A stretch of 64,000 nucleotides of DNA from Nostoc sp. DedSLP01 (GTDB taxonomy: Bacteria; Cyanobacteriota; Cyanobacteriia; Cyanobacteriales; Nostocaceae), in NCBI GenBank assembly GCA_034530875.2, contig JAVRCJ020000001.1:1-64000 (forward strand), in the 5' to 3' direction. The notes beneath the pieces are model-generated. The model saw nothing but the letters and a program-made list of their open reading frames with translations, was not told the origin of the DNA and made no database searches. Both the position numbers and the translations under genes were made by a program. Below are positions 28,629-39,811 of the stretch, in pieces. Positions within the stretch are counted from its first letter, which is position 1. Each line of letters starts with the position of its first letter.

Positions 28629-30452
28629 TTACGAATTACGAATTATTTTGTAACTTTTCCACAGCCAACGAGGTAACCAAAACGGATGGTTCCAAGATTG
28701 TTTGCGGAGTTTTTCATTTAAGAAGTGCGATCGCCAAAGTTGCCACATAATTAATAACCAAAGAATCTCACCAATCCGACGGCCTTGAATAGCTGCTCCC
28801 AATTTCCCTTCGACAATTTGGGCGGCAATGTCTGGATAAAAATGATTGTTAGCAGTAAGTATTTCTGGATTTAGCCAAACACCAATTTGATGCCAAAAAT
28901 CATTTAAACACCAAGAAGTTAAAGGAACTCCCATACCGCGCTTTTGTCGCCAGACAATTTCGGGCGGCAACCAATTTTCTACAGCACGTTTGAGGATATA
29001 TTTTTCACAGGCTCCCTGTAAGCAGAGTTCTCCAGATAAGGCAAATGTCCACTCTGCTAAATCTAGGTTACAAAAAGGCGATCGCACCCACAATCCATGA
29101 GCCAACCCCAAAGCAGTAGCACGAGGATGGATATTCTGCGCTCCTTTGAGCATCAAACTAGCACGGCGCAGGCGATGCAGCAAGGACGGACACTCTGTAG
29201 CATCGAGAGCCGTTATCAGCCAATCTTGAGGATGTAAATTCTCTATCTCAGCGTATATTTGTGGCTGATAAACTTGAGATTCGTATCCCCAAAGACGGTG
29301 AAAAGTGCGGAGATATTGCTGAATAAAAGTTTCCTCTCCGGCGGGATTTTGTGACTGATAAACACCTGCGGCAATTAAAGGTTTATTCGTCCAACCAGCA
29401 AATAATTGATCTCCACCTTCCCCATTAAAAATTACTTGAGTTTCTTGACTAGCCTTTTGACATAGAAGATACAGCGGAACGCACACCCCATCTCCAAAAG
29501 GTAAATCCAATGCTTGCACCGTAGGCATTAAAGCATTTTCGATTTGCTTTGGCGTTGCTGCCACTTTTACCAAAGGGATTTTCAGAAATTGCGCGACTTG
29601 TTCGGCGTAAGGATATTCTGGAATGCCTGCATTACCAAAATCCAAAGTGTAGGCGCGAACTTTTACCCCTGCTTGCACCAGCAGCGCCGCCACCACAGAA
29701 GAATCAAGTCCGCCAGAGAGAAATACCCCGACAGGTTCATCTTTTAAATCGGGGATTTGTTGTTCGATGGAATTTTTCAGCAGGATTTGTAATTCTTTAA
29801 TTGCCGTAGCTTCATCTGTTAGCTGTTGTGGGGCTTGTCGCCAGGAATTGATATTTTGAGATTTAGGTGTTTGCAGCATACCTGAATTGCGATCGCTCTG
29901 CCAAATCAATTCAGTCCCCGCCGGAACTGCAAACACTCCAGTCACAGGCGTTAAAGGTGTCGGCAGATATGAAAAACAGCTATAGCCATATAAGCCAGGA
30001 ATGCTAACATCTCGTTGTTGCAAAATCGGTAAAAGTAATTGCAACTGAGTTGCAAACCAGATGACTTGCCCTTGTACAGTCCAATACAAAGGCATCTTTC
30101 CAAAAGGTTCTCTACCTAAAATTAAACAATTATTTTCCTCTAGACTCACCCAAGCATCAAGCGAAGTGAATATTCCCGACGCCGAAACACCAGCAACGTG
30201 ATTTTGTAAAAGCCAAAAATTGTTATCCAGTCCTATACAAATAACATTCCAAACAGGAACAATATGATTTTCTTCTAGAGAAAGCTGACTTTTTACATCA
30301 TCTAGGGCTAACCCCTGACTTGCCATAAAACTGGAAAAAGCCTCTCCCATATCAAAAGAGAGGTTTTCCAAGACGCTATTTAACAGCGCTTCCAACTGAT
30401 GTTGAGCGCCGTAACCCCAATATCCAAGAAAATGGCGTGGGATACTGTCCAT
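28629..30452 (-). CDS. Asparagine synthetase B-like ATP-dependent amide ligase lacking the N-terminal nucleophile Cys
   Basis: REPFGKMPLY, FLSGGLDSS (PP-loop), NGEGGDQLFAG, RSPF, EKYILKRA and RQKRGM motifs. Confidence 0.88.
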   Translation of the reverse strand: MDSIPRHFLGYWGYGAQHQLEALLNSVLENLSFDMGEAFSSFMASQGLALDDVKSQLSLEENHIVPVWNVICIGLDNNFWLLQNHVAGVSASGIFTSLDAWVSLEENNCLILGREPFGKMPLYWTVQGQVIWFATQLQLLLPILQQRDVSIPGLYGYSCFSYLPTPLTPVTGVFAVPAGTELIWQSDRNSGMLQTPKSQNINSWRQAPQQLTDEATAIKELQILLKNSIEQQIPDLKDEPVGVFLSGGLDSSVVAALLVQAGVKVRAYTLDFGNAGIPEYPYAEQVAQFLKIPLVKVAATPKQIENALMPTVQALDLPFGDGVCVPLYLLCQKASQETQVIFNGEGGDQLFAGWTNKPLIAAGVYQSQNPAGEETFIQQYLRTFHRLWGYESQVYQPQIYAEIENLHPQDWLITALDATECPSLLHRLRRASLMLKGAQNIHPRATALGLAHGLWVRSPFCNLDLAEWTFALSGELCLQGACEKYILKRAVENWLPPEIVWRQKRGMGVPLTSWCLNDFWHQIGVWLNPEILTANNHFYPDIAAQIVEGKLGAAIQGRRIGEILWLLIMWQLWRSHFLNEKLRKQSWNHPFWLPRWLWKSYKIIRNS

Positions 30453-30459
30453 AGTTGGA

Positions 30460-31083
30460 CTACTTCACTTCAAAGGTTGTATCGCTAATTGGACGACCTT
30501 CCAACAACATTTGTACCTGCCATTTGCCAACCTTTGCGGCTGAATTAATCGCGTGGCGACATTGAGTATTCCAAACAGAAGTATTAATTTCGCGGGTTTG
30601 ATAGCTGTTTTGCTTGACAATTTGACCGCTTGGGTCAATCCAATTACAAGAAAGAGCCAGTTTTTTACCCAAGGGTGCATCCTTCAAAGTCACACGGTAA
30701 AAAACTTCTGGATTAGTTTGGCGGGAAATTGTTTTTAAATCGCCGCTATTATTTGATGCTAAAGTGATGCGGTCTTGTTGAGCAGAAACACGAGCAAGTG
30801 CAGAGCTATGTTGATGCATAATAAATATTGTCGATGCACTCACCACTGCTAAGAGTGCTACCACTCCAGAAGTAATCCATCGATTTCGGTTCTGCTGCAC
30901 TGAAAGCGCTTGCCGACGCTTCAATTGAATTATTGCCTCATCTAGTAACTCAGGCGGTAAATTCATCTCTTGTAAAATTTCTTTAACCTGCTGTTGGTCT
31001 AGTTCTGCTTCTCGACGCGTTTGCAGACTTTCTACTTCAGTTACTATTTGTGCTAATTCCTCTTGAGTCAATCGCGGCGTCAT
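30460..31083 (-). CDS. DUF3859-like protein: helical N-terminus, one TM, C-terminal beta domain
   Basis: LTQEELAQIV..E, TM segment WITSGVVALLAVV, CNWIDPSG and GKWQVQM...TTFEVK. Confidence 0.75.
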   Translation of the reverse strand: MTPRLTQEELAQIVTEVESLQTRREAELDQQQVKEILQEMNLPPELLDEAIIQLKRRQALSVQQNRNRWITSGVVALLAVVSASTIFIMHQHSSALARVSAQQDRITLASNNSGDLKTISRQTNPEVFYRVTLKDAPLGKKLALSCNWIDPSGQIVKQNSYQTREINTSVWNTQCRHAINSAAKVGKWQVQMLLEGRPISDTTFEVK

Positions 31084-31689
31084 AGCTTAACTCCTGTTTA
31101 AAAAAGTTGATGGCGCTTGTTTATAATTTGCAATACAAAGAGTGCGTTAAAGAAAATACCCTACTGGATTGCAAGCATTTACTATATATAGGGGTCTATC
31201 AAATCCTTAGCTACAACTTTAGCTTGTTGCTTTTCGGATTCTTTTGCAAAAGTTTTGTAAAATTTCCAGTCACTAGTCAGATTTTCGGCGCTTTCCCATT
31301 ACCAGATTAAAACTGATTTGTAAAGACGATATTGGAGATATTTAGTTCTAGGAATATAATTCTTTATTTTGACAAATGTTCGTTGCGAGCAAGCGATCGC
31401 ATCTGAACAACAACAAACCACACCCAACATACCTATTATTATTAAATCCAGTCCTACCATAGCCTTCATAAACAAATTAACTTTATCTGGAAACACTTGA
31501 TAGTCAAATTAACTGTAGAAATCCAATTGAATTTCCCATCGCTTTTAAATAAAGCAAACAGGGAATAAAGTGTACCTAGTTTGCTCAAATCAAGTAGAAT
31601 TCCTATAGTTCCTATGATAACTTATTAATAAAATTAGTTAATTATGTTTATGAAATCTATGGAAAAAAATTGCAGAAATTATTAAAAAT

Positions 31690-31944
31690 TTAAATTTCTT
31701 TATTTCCACCAATAGCTAATTCTTTTTTGCTATGTTTTAACTGTTTCCAAAGCACCCTTATTTGTTCGTAAGCTTCTTCGGTAGACAGTTTTCCACCTGT
31801 TTGTAGACAAGTGATATAACTAATTTTTTGCGCAAATTCTTGGAGATTTGCATTGAACACCAAATTCTCTGGCTGGAATTTACCATAATAGCGGCTACGA
31901 GGGTAAAGAAAGTTATTTTTATCTTGTGGATTAGAGTGTGTCAT
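31690..31944 (-). CDS. Conserved cyanobacterial hypothetical protein
   Basis: FLYPRSRYYG.F.PENLVFNANLQEFAQKISYI.CLQTGGK motif. Confidence 0.85.
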   Translation of the reverse strand: MTHSNPQDKNNFLYPRSRYYGKFQPENLVFNANLQEFAQKISYITCLQTGGKLSTEEAYEQIRVLWKQLKHSKKELAIGGNKEI

Positions 31945-32134
31945 GATTTTGCTTTCTAGAATTGCTACTAGAGTTATAGACTAAATTTCAATCTAAGTCT
32001 AAATACACACCACAAGTTTAAATTCCAGAAACTGCCCAGAACCGTTGCTATTGGGCTGATGAAAGGACAAAGGGACAAAAATGGGCACAGAAGAGGGCTT
32101 TACCTCTGCCTCTCTTCGCAATGCCCAACTTATA

Positions 32135-32461
32135 TTATTTTTTTGCAATCTCTTCAAAGTCTGTTATCGCATAAGCAAACTCCCTAAAAGCTGTCTTAAT
32201 GAGAACTTCTTTAGTTCCTCTTTCCAGAGAAGAATTGCGTATGAGGTCTGTTAATTCTATAAACAGCAGAGAAAACATGAAACGATCTTGACGGTCAACT
32301 TGTTTCAAACAAGACAATATAAACTCATAAAGCTCCGTTTTTCTCGGCTTAGTTTGCTCATCCCATATCTGCAACCCAAGCCGAAAAGTCCTCAAACGGA
32401 TTTCATTAGTGTTGTAGGACGCGTCTTTGTAGCGCACTGATACGCGTTGGGGTAAGTCCAT
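32135..32461 (-). CDS. Hypothetical protein
   Basis: 108-aa ATG ORF filling the intergenic space; no recognised motif. Confidence 0.6.
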   Translation of the reverse strand: MDLPQRVSVRYKDASYNTNEIRLRTFRLGLQIWDEQTKPRKTELYEFILSCLKQVDRQDRFMFSLLFIELTDLIRNSSLERGTKEVLIKTAFREFAYAITDFEEIAKK

Positions 32462-32557
32462 GAGTTTTAGTTATGCATCTTTAATGTAAGGTAATTATTC
32501 AGTTATATTTCGCCTCATCCGGAAAAATTTTTGATTAGTCATTGGTCATTGGTTATT

Positions 32558-32636
32558 TCTCTCCTTGCCTCCCCACCTCCCCACCTCCCCATCTCCCCAT
32601 CTCCCCATCTCCTCACCTCCCCATCTCCCCACTCCC
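32558..32636. repeat. STRR tandem repeat (ctccccat/ctccccac)
   Basis: 8-mer tandem array directly after the CHAT gene stop. Confidence 0.8.
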
Positions 32637-35492
32637 TCATCTCCACTCGCCTTGTAGAGTGAAAGCTGCCCAATAATAAGGTGAGGTATATTTTTGAGTG
32701 CGCCAAATTTCTAGCTGGGCTGTTCGTAATGCTGCGGCAGGTTTTAATCCTTCTTGTAGCATCTTTTTATAAAAGGCTTTCATCAGTTCCGATGTTGCCT
32801 GGTCATCTACACTCCACAGACTCACTACAACTCGCGGACTGCCTGCATACATAAAACCTCTAGTTAATCCTACTAATCCTTCTCCTCTAACTTCCTCTCC
32901 CAGTCCGGTTTTACAGGCGCTAAGAACCACTAGTTCTGCTTGGAGGTTGAGGTTGAAGACATCGTGCAAGCGTAAAAAGCCATTTTGTGGCATTCCTTTG
33001 TCGTCAAATAGCGACAAAACTATGCCTGATAATTCTGGATGTTTGCTGTTAAGAATGCCATGAGTAGCAAAATGAATGATGCGATATTGACTCAACTCGT
33101 TGCTAGTGGCAGTACTACGACTAGCGGTAAAGTCAAAAGCTGGCTTGGCTTTGTTAGCTGGAACAAGGGCAAGAATTTGCTCGGCTTCGTGACGTGTAAA
33201 TTGTAATCGGTCAAAGCTAATTTCTGAGTCTCTAGCAGCTCTAGATAAAGCCAAGTTGTTTAAATTCCCTTCTGCTACAGGTGGAGGAGACACTTGTTCT
33301 TTATTTTGCAGACGCTCATCATCAATACTAAAAATTGGATCTGCTAACACAACTAATGTTTTAGTAGCAGGTTTGCGTTTTTTATCTTCGCTTCTGAGAA
33401 TAGCAACTGTAGAAGCTGAGGGTAAAGTAATAATTTCGTGGTTAATTAATAATGGTTCGTAACTGGTATTTTTTTGAGAATTAGGTTTAGTCAGGGCAGC
33501 AAATGGTACGTATTGCAAAGCTCCATCGCTGACAACTACTAAGCGTTTCTTGTCGAGTTGTGCATTTACTGGTGCAAGTATAATTTTGGATAAAGCATCT
33601 ATAGATGGACTATTTTTGAGATATGGACTAGTGATTTCTTGACGCAATTTTTGAGCGATCGCTTCTATATCTGCACGCTTGGGTAGTTCGTAACTAGTTA
33701 TACTCTTATTAGTAACTGCCCACAGATAACTCCGACTTTCTCCTAAAGAATATTCTAAAAGTAAGGTGTCATCATCAAGTACTTGCTGTTGAATTTCGGC
33801 AAGTGAAAGAGGTTGAGGTTGAGTCAAGGCTGCATAATGCGGGCTGGTAGCACGTATTTTCACCTGGACTTGCTCGTATTGTTCTAAAGCTGCTTCATTT
33901 TCTTTTTCTAAAGCTTGTAGCTGGGCATTCGTGTAGTTTCCTCCTAATAGTTGTATGCGACGTTTTTCTAAAACATCAAGTTGTTTTTGTAAGTCGCGTT
34001 CTTGAGAAAGTAATTTTGGTTCTACACCTTGGCGAATATCAGCTTTAGCTTCTGTCAAAAGTTCCAAAAGACTCCGGGCGCGGGCGCGTTCGCTGGTTTG
34101 CAGTGCCAGAACATCATATCCTTTCGATGGTTGCTGCTTGTGCAGCTGCATCAACAAATCAATATAAAATTGATAATAATTTTGCACTGTCGCAAAATAG
34201 GAAGCCCGAAGTTCTTGAGAGTTAATTTTGGTACGTAAGTCTTCAACAATGTTGATGACTTTTTTGATTTGATTCAGGGCTGCGTCAAGATTGCCCTGTT
34301 TGCGTTCAGCAGAAGCAATCTTATAAAGAGTCAGAGCTTCTCCTCCTCTATTTCCTACTTTTTGATATAGAGATAGAGATTGCTGATAATAATCTGATGC
34401 CTTTTTTTGATCTCCTAAATCTGAGTAAATTAGACCAATGTTACCGAGGTTAGCTGCTAAACCTAATTTATTTTCCACAGCTTGAAACAAAGGTAAAGAT
34501 TGCTGGAAGTAATCTAAGGCTTTTTGTTTTTCTCCCATTTTGGAGTAGACATCGCCAATATTATTTATAGTCCGAGCTTCCCCTCCTTTGTCCCCTAGTT
34601 TCCGAGTAATAATTAGAGATTTTTGAAAATAATCAAGAGCCTTTTGGTGTTCTTGCAAATCTGAGTAGATAGTGCCAATATTGTTAAGAGAGATAGATTC
34701 TGCTGATTTGTCTCCCAGTTCTTGGCATAAAGCCAAAGATTGGAGGAAATAATCTAGTGCTTTTTGTTGTTGCCCTAAATCTAGATAAATCATGCCAATA
34801 TTATTAATAGTGCGGGCTTCTCCTAATTTGTCTTTTACTTCACGTCTGAGAGTCAGGGATTGTTGAAAATAATCTAGTGCCTTTTGGGATTCGCCTGAGT
34901 TTAAATAAACATTGCCAATATTGTTAATTGTACGGGCTTCCCCGACTTTATCTCCTATCTCTCGCTTAATTAACAAAGCTTGGTGAAAATAATCTAGGGC
35001 TTTTTGTAATTCTCCTATATCTGAGTAGACGTTACCAATATTATTGAGGGTAATAGTTTCTCCTGTTTTATCTCCTATTTCATGTCTGATTAATAGGGCT
35101 TGATTCAAATAAAGAAGTGCTTTTTGCTGTTGTCCTAAATCTGAGTAAATTTTGCCGAGGTGAGCAACGGTAAAAGCTTCTGAGGGACGATCGCCAATTT
35201 TTTGATACAGTGGAAGTGCTTGTTCAAATTTAGCGATCGCCTTTAACAAAGATTCCCCTGTTCCTTGCTCGTATAGCTTTTTCCCCTCTTTATATGCCAT
35301 ATCGGCAGCAGCACTAATTGCATCATTGGTCTGCGTTGTCTGTGCAATATTTACCGGATATTCTTTAGCAATTGCCAGATTTGATTCTGTAAATAATAAA
35401 ATGCCGATAAAAAAAAGAAAACTGCGACTTGCCACAAATGGTAAAAGTTGCCATTGTATTGAGTTAGATATTTTTAATTTAGTCATATACAT
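32637..35492 (-). CDS. TPR-repeat CHAT-domain (caspase-like) protein with N-terminal signal/TM
   Basis: About 40-aa repeats [26 protein letters not shown] and LVVLSAC catalytic dyad; PYYWAAF. Confidence 0.93.
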   Translation of the reverse strand: MYMTKLKISNSIQWQLLPFVASRSFLFFIGILLFTESNLAIAKEYPVNIAQTTQTNDAISAAADMAYKEGKKLYEQGTGESLLKAIAKFEQALPLYQKIGDRPSEAFTVAHLGKIYSDLGQQQKALLYLNQALLIRHEIGDKTGETITLNNIGNVYSDIGELQKALDYFHQALLIKREIGDKVGEARTINNIGNVYLNSGESQKALDYFQQSLTLRREVKDKLGEARTINNIGMIYLDLGQQQKALDYFLQSLALCQELGDKSAESISLNNIGTIYSDLQEHQKALDYFQKSLIITRKLGDKGGEARTINNIGDVYSKMGEKQKALDYFQQSLPLFQAVENKLGLAANLGNIGLIYSDLGDQKKASDYYQQSLSLYQKVGNRGGEALTLYKIASAERKQGNLDAALNQIKKVINIVEDLRTKINSQELRASYFATVQNYYQFYIDLLMQLHKQQPSKGYDVLALQTSERARARSLLELLTEAKADIRQGVEPKLLSQERDLQKQLDVLEKRRIQLLGGNYTNAQLQALEKENEAALEQYEQVQVKIRATSPHYAALTQPQPLSLAEIQQQVLDDDTLLLEYSLGESRSYLWAVTNKSITSYELPKRADIEAIAQKLRQEITSPYLKNSPSIDALSKIILAPVNAQLDKKRLVVVSDGALQYVPFAALTKPNSQKNTSYEPLLINHEIITLPSASTVAILRSEDKKRKPATKTLVVLADPIFSIDDERLQNKEQVSPPPVAEGNLNNLALSRAARDSEISFDRLQFTRHEAEQILALVPANKAKPAFDFTASRSTATSNELSQYRIIHFATHGILNSKHPELSGIVLSLFDDKGMPQNGFLRLHDVFNLNLQAELVVLSACKTGLGEEVRGEGLVGLTRGFMYAGSPRVVVSLWSVDDQATSELMKAFYKKMLQEGLKPAAALRTAQLEIWRTQKYTSPYYWAAFTLQGEWR

Positions 35493-35765
35493 CTGCGTTT
35501 TTCTAGCTTCCTTGATTTAGGATTCCCAAAAGGAAGTAAAAAATAATAAATTTCCTCGTTGTATTCCAGAAGTTTGTACGCGCTGATACAAGAGTGATGA
35601 ATTTATATCCGCGATCGCAAAACCTAAAAACCACGTTAAATAACTTACAGTTTGGAACTAGTAAAACTTTATTACATTTTTATGCTACACGTAGTACTCA
35701 AATATCTCTATGTCATAATTATTGAAACCAAAAAATCTACAGTGTAACCAATTTTTGTAACAACA

Positions 35766-36767
35766 ATGAAATCTTTAACCTTTACAATCGAGAAACAATT
35801 GAAGCATTTTGGTATTTGTGATGCCTCTGCAGCAGTTCCTTTAGGAGAAGATTATTTTATTGTTGGTAATGACGAAGCCGATGAAAAACTAGGTAATGTC
35901 CTGAGAGTTTATGCTTCTCATACATCAGGCCCGCCTATTAAAATCGGCTCATCCGAGCAGACAAGTATCGATATAAATGGTTATTTTGAAAACAATCCTA
36001 AAAATAAAGAAATTGATTTAGAAGCTGTTTCAGAACTGAATGGAGTAATTTATTGGATTACTTCTCATGGAAGAAATAAAAAGGGAAAATTTAAACCAGA
36101 ACGCCATCAATTTTTTGGTACGAGAATCACTCAAACTGACGGTTCGATTCTGGAACAAGTTGGGAAATCTTATACGCAATTAGTATTGCGAGATATGCTT
36201 GAAGATAGCAAACTTGAGATTTTGAACTTCAAGGAAGCAGAAACTTTAGCACCGAAAGCAAAAGGTGGTCTATGTATTGAGGGATTAACTGCAACACCTG
36301 AAGGAGAGTTATTAATTGGTTTTCGCAATCCTATTCCTCAAGGTAAAGCCCTATTAGTAACTTTAAAAAATCCTCACGAGCTAGCGAACGATCCTGATAC
36401 AGCAAGGGCAGTTTTTGGAGATACTATTGAACTTGATTTAGGAGGATTAGGAATTCGCAGTATCGAATATTGGTCGTCAATTGAAGCTTATTTAATTATT
36501 GCCGGGCCCTTTGATGGAGGTGATGAATTTGCTTTATATTCCTGGTCAGGTAATTGTCAGGATAACCCTAAATTGGTTGAGTCACTTCAATTTCCTGAAA
36601 AGTTCCGTCCTGAGTCAGTGCTATTTTATCCACATCTTAAAGATACATTTCAAATCTTGAGCGATGATGGTGCTGTTTTGAGAGCAAACGGTCAGCCATG
36701 CAAAGATATTCAAGATAAAAATCATCCGGAAAAATACTTCCAGAGTATTTGGGTAAAAGTTACCTAA
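35766..36767 (+). CDS. DUF3616-like protein (probable beta-propeller)
   Basis: CDASA, EIDLEA, ITSHGRN, GLCIEGL, IGFRNP, LDLGGLGIRSI and ILSDDG motifs. Confidence 0.75.
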   Translation: MKSLTFTIEKQLKHFGICDASAAVPLGEDYFIVGNDEADEKLGNVLRVYASHTSGPPIKIGSSEQTSIDINGYFENNPKNKEIDLEAVSELNGVIYWITSHGRNKKGKFKPERHQFFGTRITQTDGSILEQVGKSYTQLVLRDMLEDSKLEILNFKEAETLAPKAKGGLCIEGLTATPEGELLIGFRNPIPQGKALLVTLKNPHELANDPDTARAVFGDTIELDLGGLGIRSIEYWSSIEAYLIIAGPFDGGDEFALYSWSGNCQDNPKLVESLQFPEKFRPESVLFYPHLKDTFQILSDDGAVLRANGQPCKDIQDKNHPEKYFQSIWVKVT

Positions 36768-36773
36768 ACCCTT

Positions 36774-36802
36774 GTAGAGACGTAGCAATGCTACGTCTCT
36801 AC
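36774..36802. repeat. GTAG REP-like hairpin between convergent genes
   Basis: gtagagacgtagcaatgctacgtctctac. Confidence 0.85.
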
Positions 36803-36846
36803 ATTACATTTTCGCTCCTATGTCTCAATACCTGGGAATAAAAAGA

Positions 36847-38424
36847 TTAGGCTGGTTGTATTTCTGGATTACCATCTGTAACTACAAATGAAGCCTTTTT
36901 GCTAATAGTGCCAAATTGAGTCGTTACCTCTGACACTGCAAGATAATCTGTTTTCCAGGTTGTGGGAGTTACCGCACAGCGAACATATCCTCGTCTATTG
37001 TTGTAAAACTTAACCTGTGGGTTTTCTGCGATGTAACTGGGGATAGTGTCTGAGCCATTTCCACCGGAGGATATTGAAGTACAGACGAATTCACTCCCCA
37101 CCGTAGGAGATTGTGGGTTATTAAAGTCAGCCTTTAAATTTATTGCCCAGTGGTTATGGACATCGCCTGTTAAGACTACTGGATTAGATGGTTTACGCTG
37201 TTCTAAGAAACGCAAAAGGCGATCGCGGGAAGCCACATAACCATCCCACTTATCCATACTATAGGTTGCGCCTGGCCCGGCTGTTCTGTCTATTTGAGCA
37301 ACTATAACTTGCTGAGCTAAAACGTTCCACTTAGCCTGCGATTTATTTAAGCCGTCATATAGCCAATCCTCCTGTGCTTTACCGGTAATGGTTCCATTCG
37401 GTTCTAGTCCACAAGGACGCGGTGTAGTACCATCACCACAAGGCTGATCGGTGCGATATTGGCGGGTATCTAATACATGGAAGGTTGCTAACTTACCAAA
37501 GTTCAGTCGGCGATAAAGTTGCATATTAGGGCCAACCGGACGTTGTAACGGACGCAAAGGCATGTGTTCGTAGTAAGCCTGATAAGCTACAGCCCGACGT
37601 TGCAGGAAGATTGCCGGGTCTTGGTCTGGTTCTGTATCAATTTCCGAGATGTCGTTGGCGTAGTTATTTTCTACCTCGTGGTCGTCCCAAGTAACAATCC
37701 AGGGAAATGCTGCATGAGCTGCTTGCAGGTTGGTATCAGTTTTATAGAGGGCGTGACGGTTGCGGTAATCTTCTAAGGTGAAAATTTCTGCACTATTGTG
37801 TTGTCTGGGGCCAGTGGTTGAGATTCCCCCTTCATAGATGTAATCGCCAACATGCACTACTAAATCGAGGTCGTCCTGTGCTAAATATTTGTAGGCGGTG
37901 TAGAATCCCTGCTGATAATTTTGGCAGGATACTAGGGCAAAGTTCAACTTATTCAAGTAGCCATTTGCCAAAGGTGCTGTACGAGTGCGACCAATGGGGC
38001 TAGAGTAGTCCTTAACAAAAAAGCGATACCAGTACCAAGTATCAGATTGTAGTCTTTCTACGACAACTCGAACCGAGTGACCTAGTTCTGGGGTTGCCAC
38101 TACTGTGCCTCTGGAGACAATGCGCCTCATCTGTTCATCAGTAGACACTTCCCAGTGAATTGGTACATTCTTCGGTGGCATTCCACCTCCATTTAAGGGG
38201 TCGGGAGCCAGACGAGTCCAAATCACAACGCTACTGGCATCGGGGTCGCCCGATGCTATACCCAAAGTGAAAGGATAATCGGAAAATCTGTCTTTAGCAA
38301 TCGCTGTTTGATGAGAAAATTGATTGGCGATCGCAAAACCACTTAACGCACCTGCACCAATAATTAAATTGCGTCGTTTGATTCGAGTATCCAAAAAACG
38401 CCCCAAATCCCGATAATCTACCAT
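36847..38424 (-). CDS. phoD: Alkaline phosphatase D, Tat-exported
   Basis: KRRNLI twin-arginine signal; LGIASGDP, GDYIYE, TWDDHEVENN, LDTRQYR, WDGY and TGDVH motifs. Confidence 0.94.
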   Translation of the reverse strand: MVDYRDLGRFLDTRIKRRNLIIGAGALSGFAIANQFSHQTAIAKDRFSDYPFTLGIASGDPDASSVVIWTRLAPDPLNGGGMPPKNVPIHWEVSTDEQMRRIVSRGTVVATPELGHSVRVVVERLQSDTWYWYRFFVKDYSSPIGRTRTAPLANGYLNKLNFALVSCQNYQQGFYTAYKYLAQDDLDLVVHVGDYIYEGGISTTGPRQHNSAEIFTLEDYRNRHALYKTDTNLQAAHAAFPWIVTWDDHEVENNYANDISEIDTEPDQDPAIFLQRRAVAYQAYYEHMPLRPLQRPVGPNMQLYRRLNFGKLATFHVLDTRQYRTDQPCGDGTTPRPCGLEPNGTITGKAQEDWLYDGLNKSQAKWNVLAQQVIVAQIDRTAGPGATYSMDKWDGYVASRDRLLRFLEQRKPSNPVVLTGDVHNHWAINLKADFNNPQSPTVGSEFVCTSISSGGNGSDTIPSYIAENPQVKFYNNRRGYVRCAVTPTTWKTDYLAVSEVTTQFGTISKKASFVVTDGNPEIQPA

Positions 38425-38702
38425 TTTTTACTCCTGGTTAACTGGTAATTTGTCATTTTTGAGTTAAAAATAAACAATGATTAATGACTAATCACCAATG
38501 CTTAATTACAAACAATGACTAATTCTTGAAATTGTTTAGTATTAATTATTTTCGTGTTAATTAATACATTGTCTTGTTTAATTTTCTAATCAGTAGCTTG
38601 TCATTGCTGATTACGGTGATGAGAATAAATATTTGGCAATTCAGCTTGAAAAACAAAGAGACAAGTTTTCCAATGCTTGAAACAAACATATAGTAAATTT
38701 GT

Positions 38703-38734
38703 AAGTTTAAGCAAAGTTTAATCATTGGTAAAAA
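38703..38734 (-). promoter_or_regulatory. Putative Pho box (SphR-type) upstream of phoD
   Basis: Minus strand TTTACC/TTAAAC/TTAAAC at exact 11-bp spacing, about 280 bp upstream of the start. Confidence 0.5.
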
Positions 38735-39067
38735 TTGCAGCAAATTTGTTTTGCTAATCAAAAAATTACTCAAACACAAAATATTTTTGTAAAAGAATTT
38801 TTGTTAACTTTTGCTGATATAATCTCAGCCTAAAAATCTGTTTTAATGATTTACATCAAACTACATACTGTAGCCTCTAAGCTTTAGAACTGCGACTTTT
38901 GAGAAAACTCCGGTATCTGTGTCGATAAAGCCTCATTCTGCTGAGACTTTGTAGTTGATTGTAGTTTAATGTAAAGTTTCAGCCTGCTTTTGGGAATACT
39001 TAATTTAGTCAACCATCGTTGGCAATTTGAGCTACCTAATCTAGAACCAAGGCATTTTGAGATAAAT

Positions 39068-39808
39068 ATGAAATTAACTAAGCTATCTCAATATTTTGTA
39101 ATCTTTTCTTTACCATTATGTTTGAATTTTGCTCAGTCTAGTTTTACGGCGCGGGCAGAAGCTCAGTTATCAAATCCGGGCAAAACTTGGCAAATTAGTC
39201 AAACATTTAAGCCACCAAAACGGGGGGCGCCTCCGGTAAGTGCTGGCGGTTCAACTCGTGGAGGCTCTTGTCTGGCGCGTAAAAAATTCATTATTCCCTT
39301 AATGCCTCAAAATAAGTTAGGGCTAACAGTTAGCGAACGTCCAACATTTTTCTGGTATATTCCTGAATCTTCAGTCAAAACAGCGAAGTTTTTACTTTTT
39401 GCTGATAATGACGAGACATTATTGTATGAAAAATCTTTTACACTTCCAGATAAACCAGGAATTGCTAGCTTTACACTTCCTAAAAATGTTCCGGGATTGA
39501 CAGTAGATAAAACTTATCACTGGTACATGACAATTGTTTGTAATTCTCAAGACTCTAGCAATAATCCGATTGTAGATGGTTGGGTAGAACGAATTAAACC
39601 TGGATTAGCATTGTCCGAAGCATTAGCAAAAGCAGATTTACGACAATTACCTAGCATCTATGCAGAAGCAGGAATTTGGCATGAAGCCCTGACTAGTTTA
39701 GTGCAATTACGCCAAACCGAACCGAATAATTTAAAAGCGAGACTGGGTTGGAGAGAATTTTTCAAATCAGTTGGTTTAGATGCGATCGCTTCAAGTCCAT
39801 TAATTTAA
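39068..39808 (+). CDS. DUF928 domain protein
   Basis: GAP...GGSTRG, LT.SERPTFFWYIP, YHW, GWVER and YAEAGIWHEAL motifs. Confidence 0.88.
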   Translation: MKLTKLSQYFVIFSLPLCLNFAQSSFTARAEAQLSNPGKTWQISQTFKPPKRGAPPVSAGGSTRGGSCLARKKFIIPLMPQNKLGLTVSERPTFFWYIPESSVKTAKFLLFADNDETLLYEKSFTLPDKPGIASFTLPKNVPGLTVDKTYHWYMTIVCNSQDSSNNPIVDGWVERIKPGLALSEALAKADLRQLPSIYAEAGIWHEALTSLVQLRQTEPNNLKARLGWREFFKSVGLDAIASSPLI

Positions 39809-39811
39809 AGC

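Noticed and set aside
31299..31496. 65-aa ORF as a lasso/RiPP precursor for the AsnB-like enzyme
   Set aside because: No recognisable leader-Thr/Gly-core/acidic ring pattern and no B1/B2 genes; coding status unsupported
34300..35200. About 120-bp periodic DNA repeats
   Set aside because: Explained by the 40-aa TPR repeats of the CHAT protein
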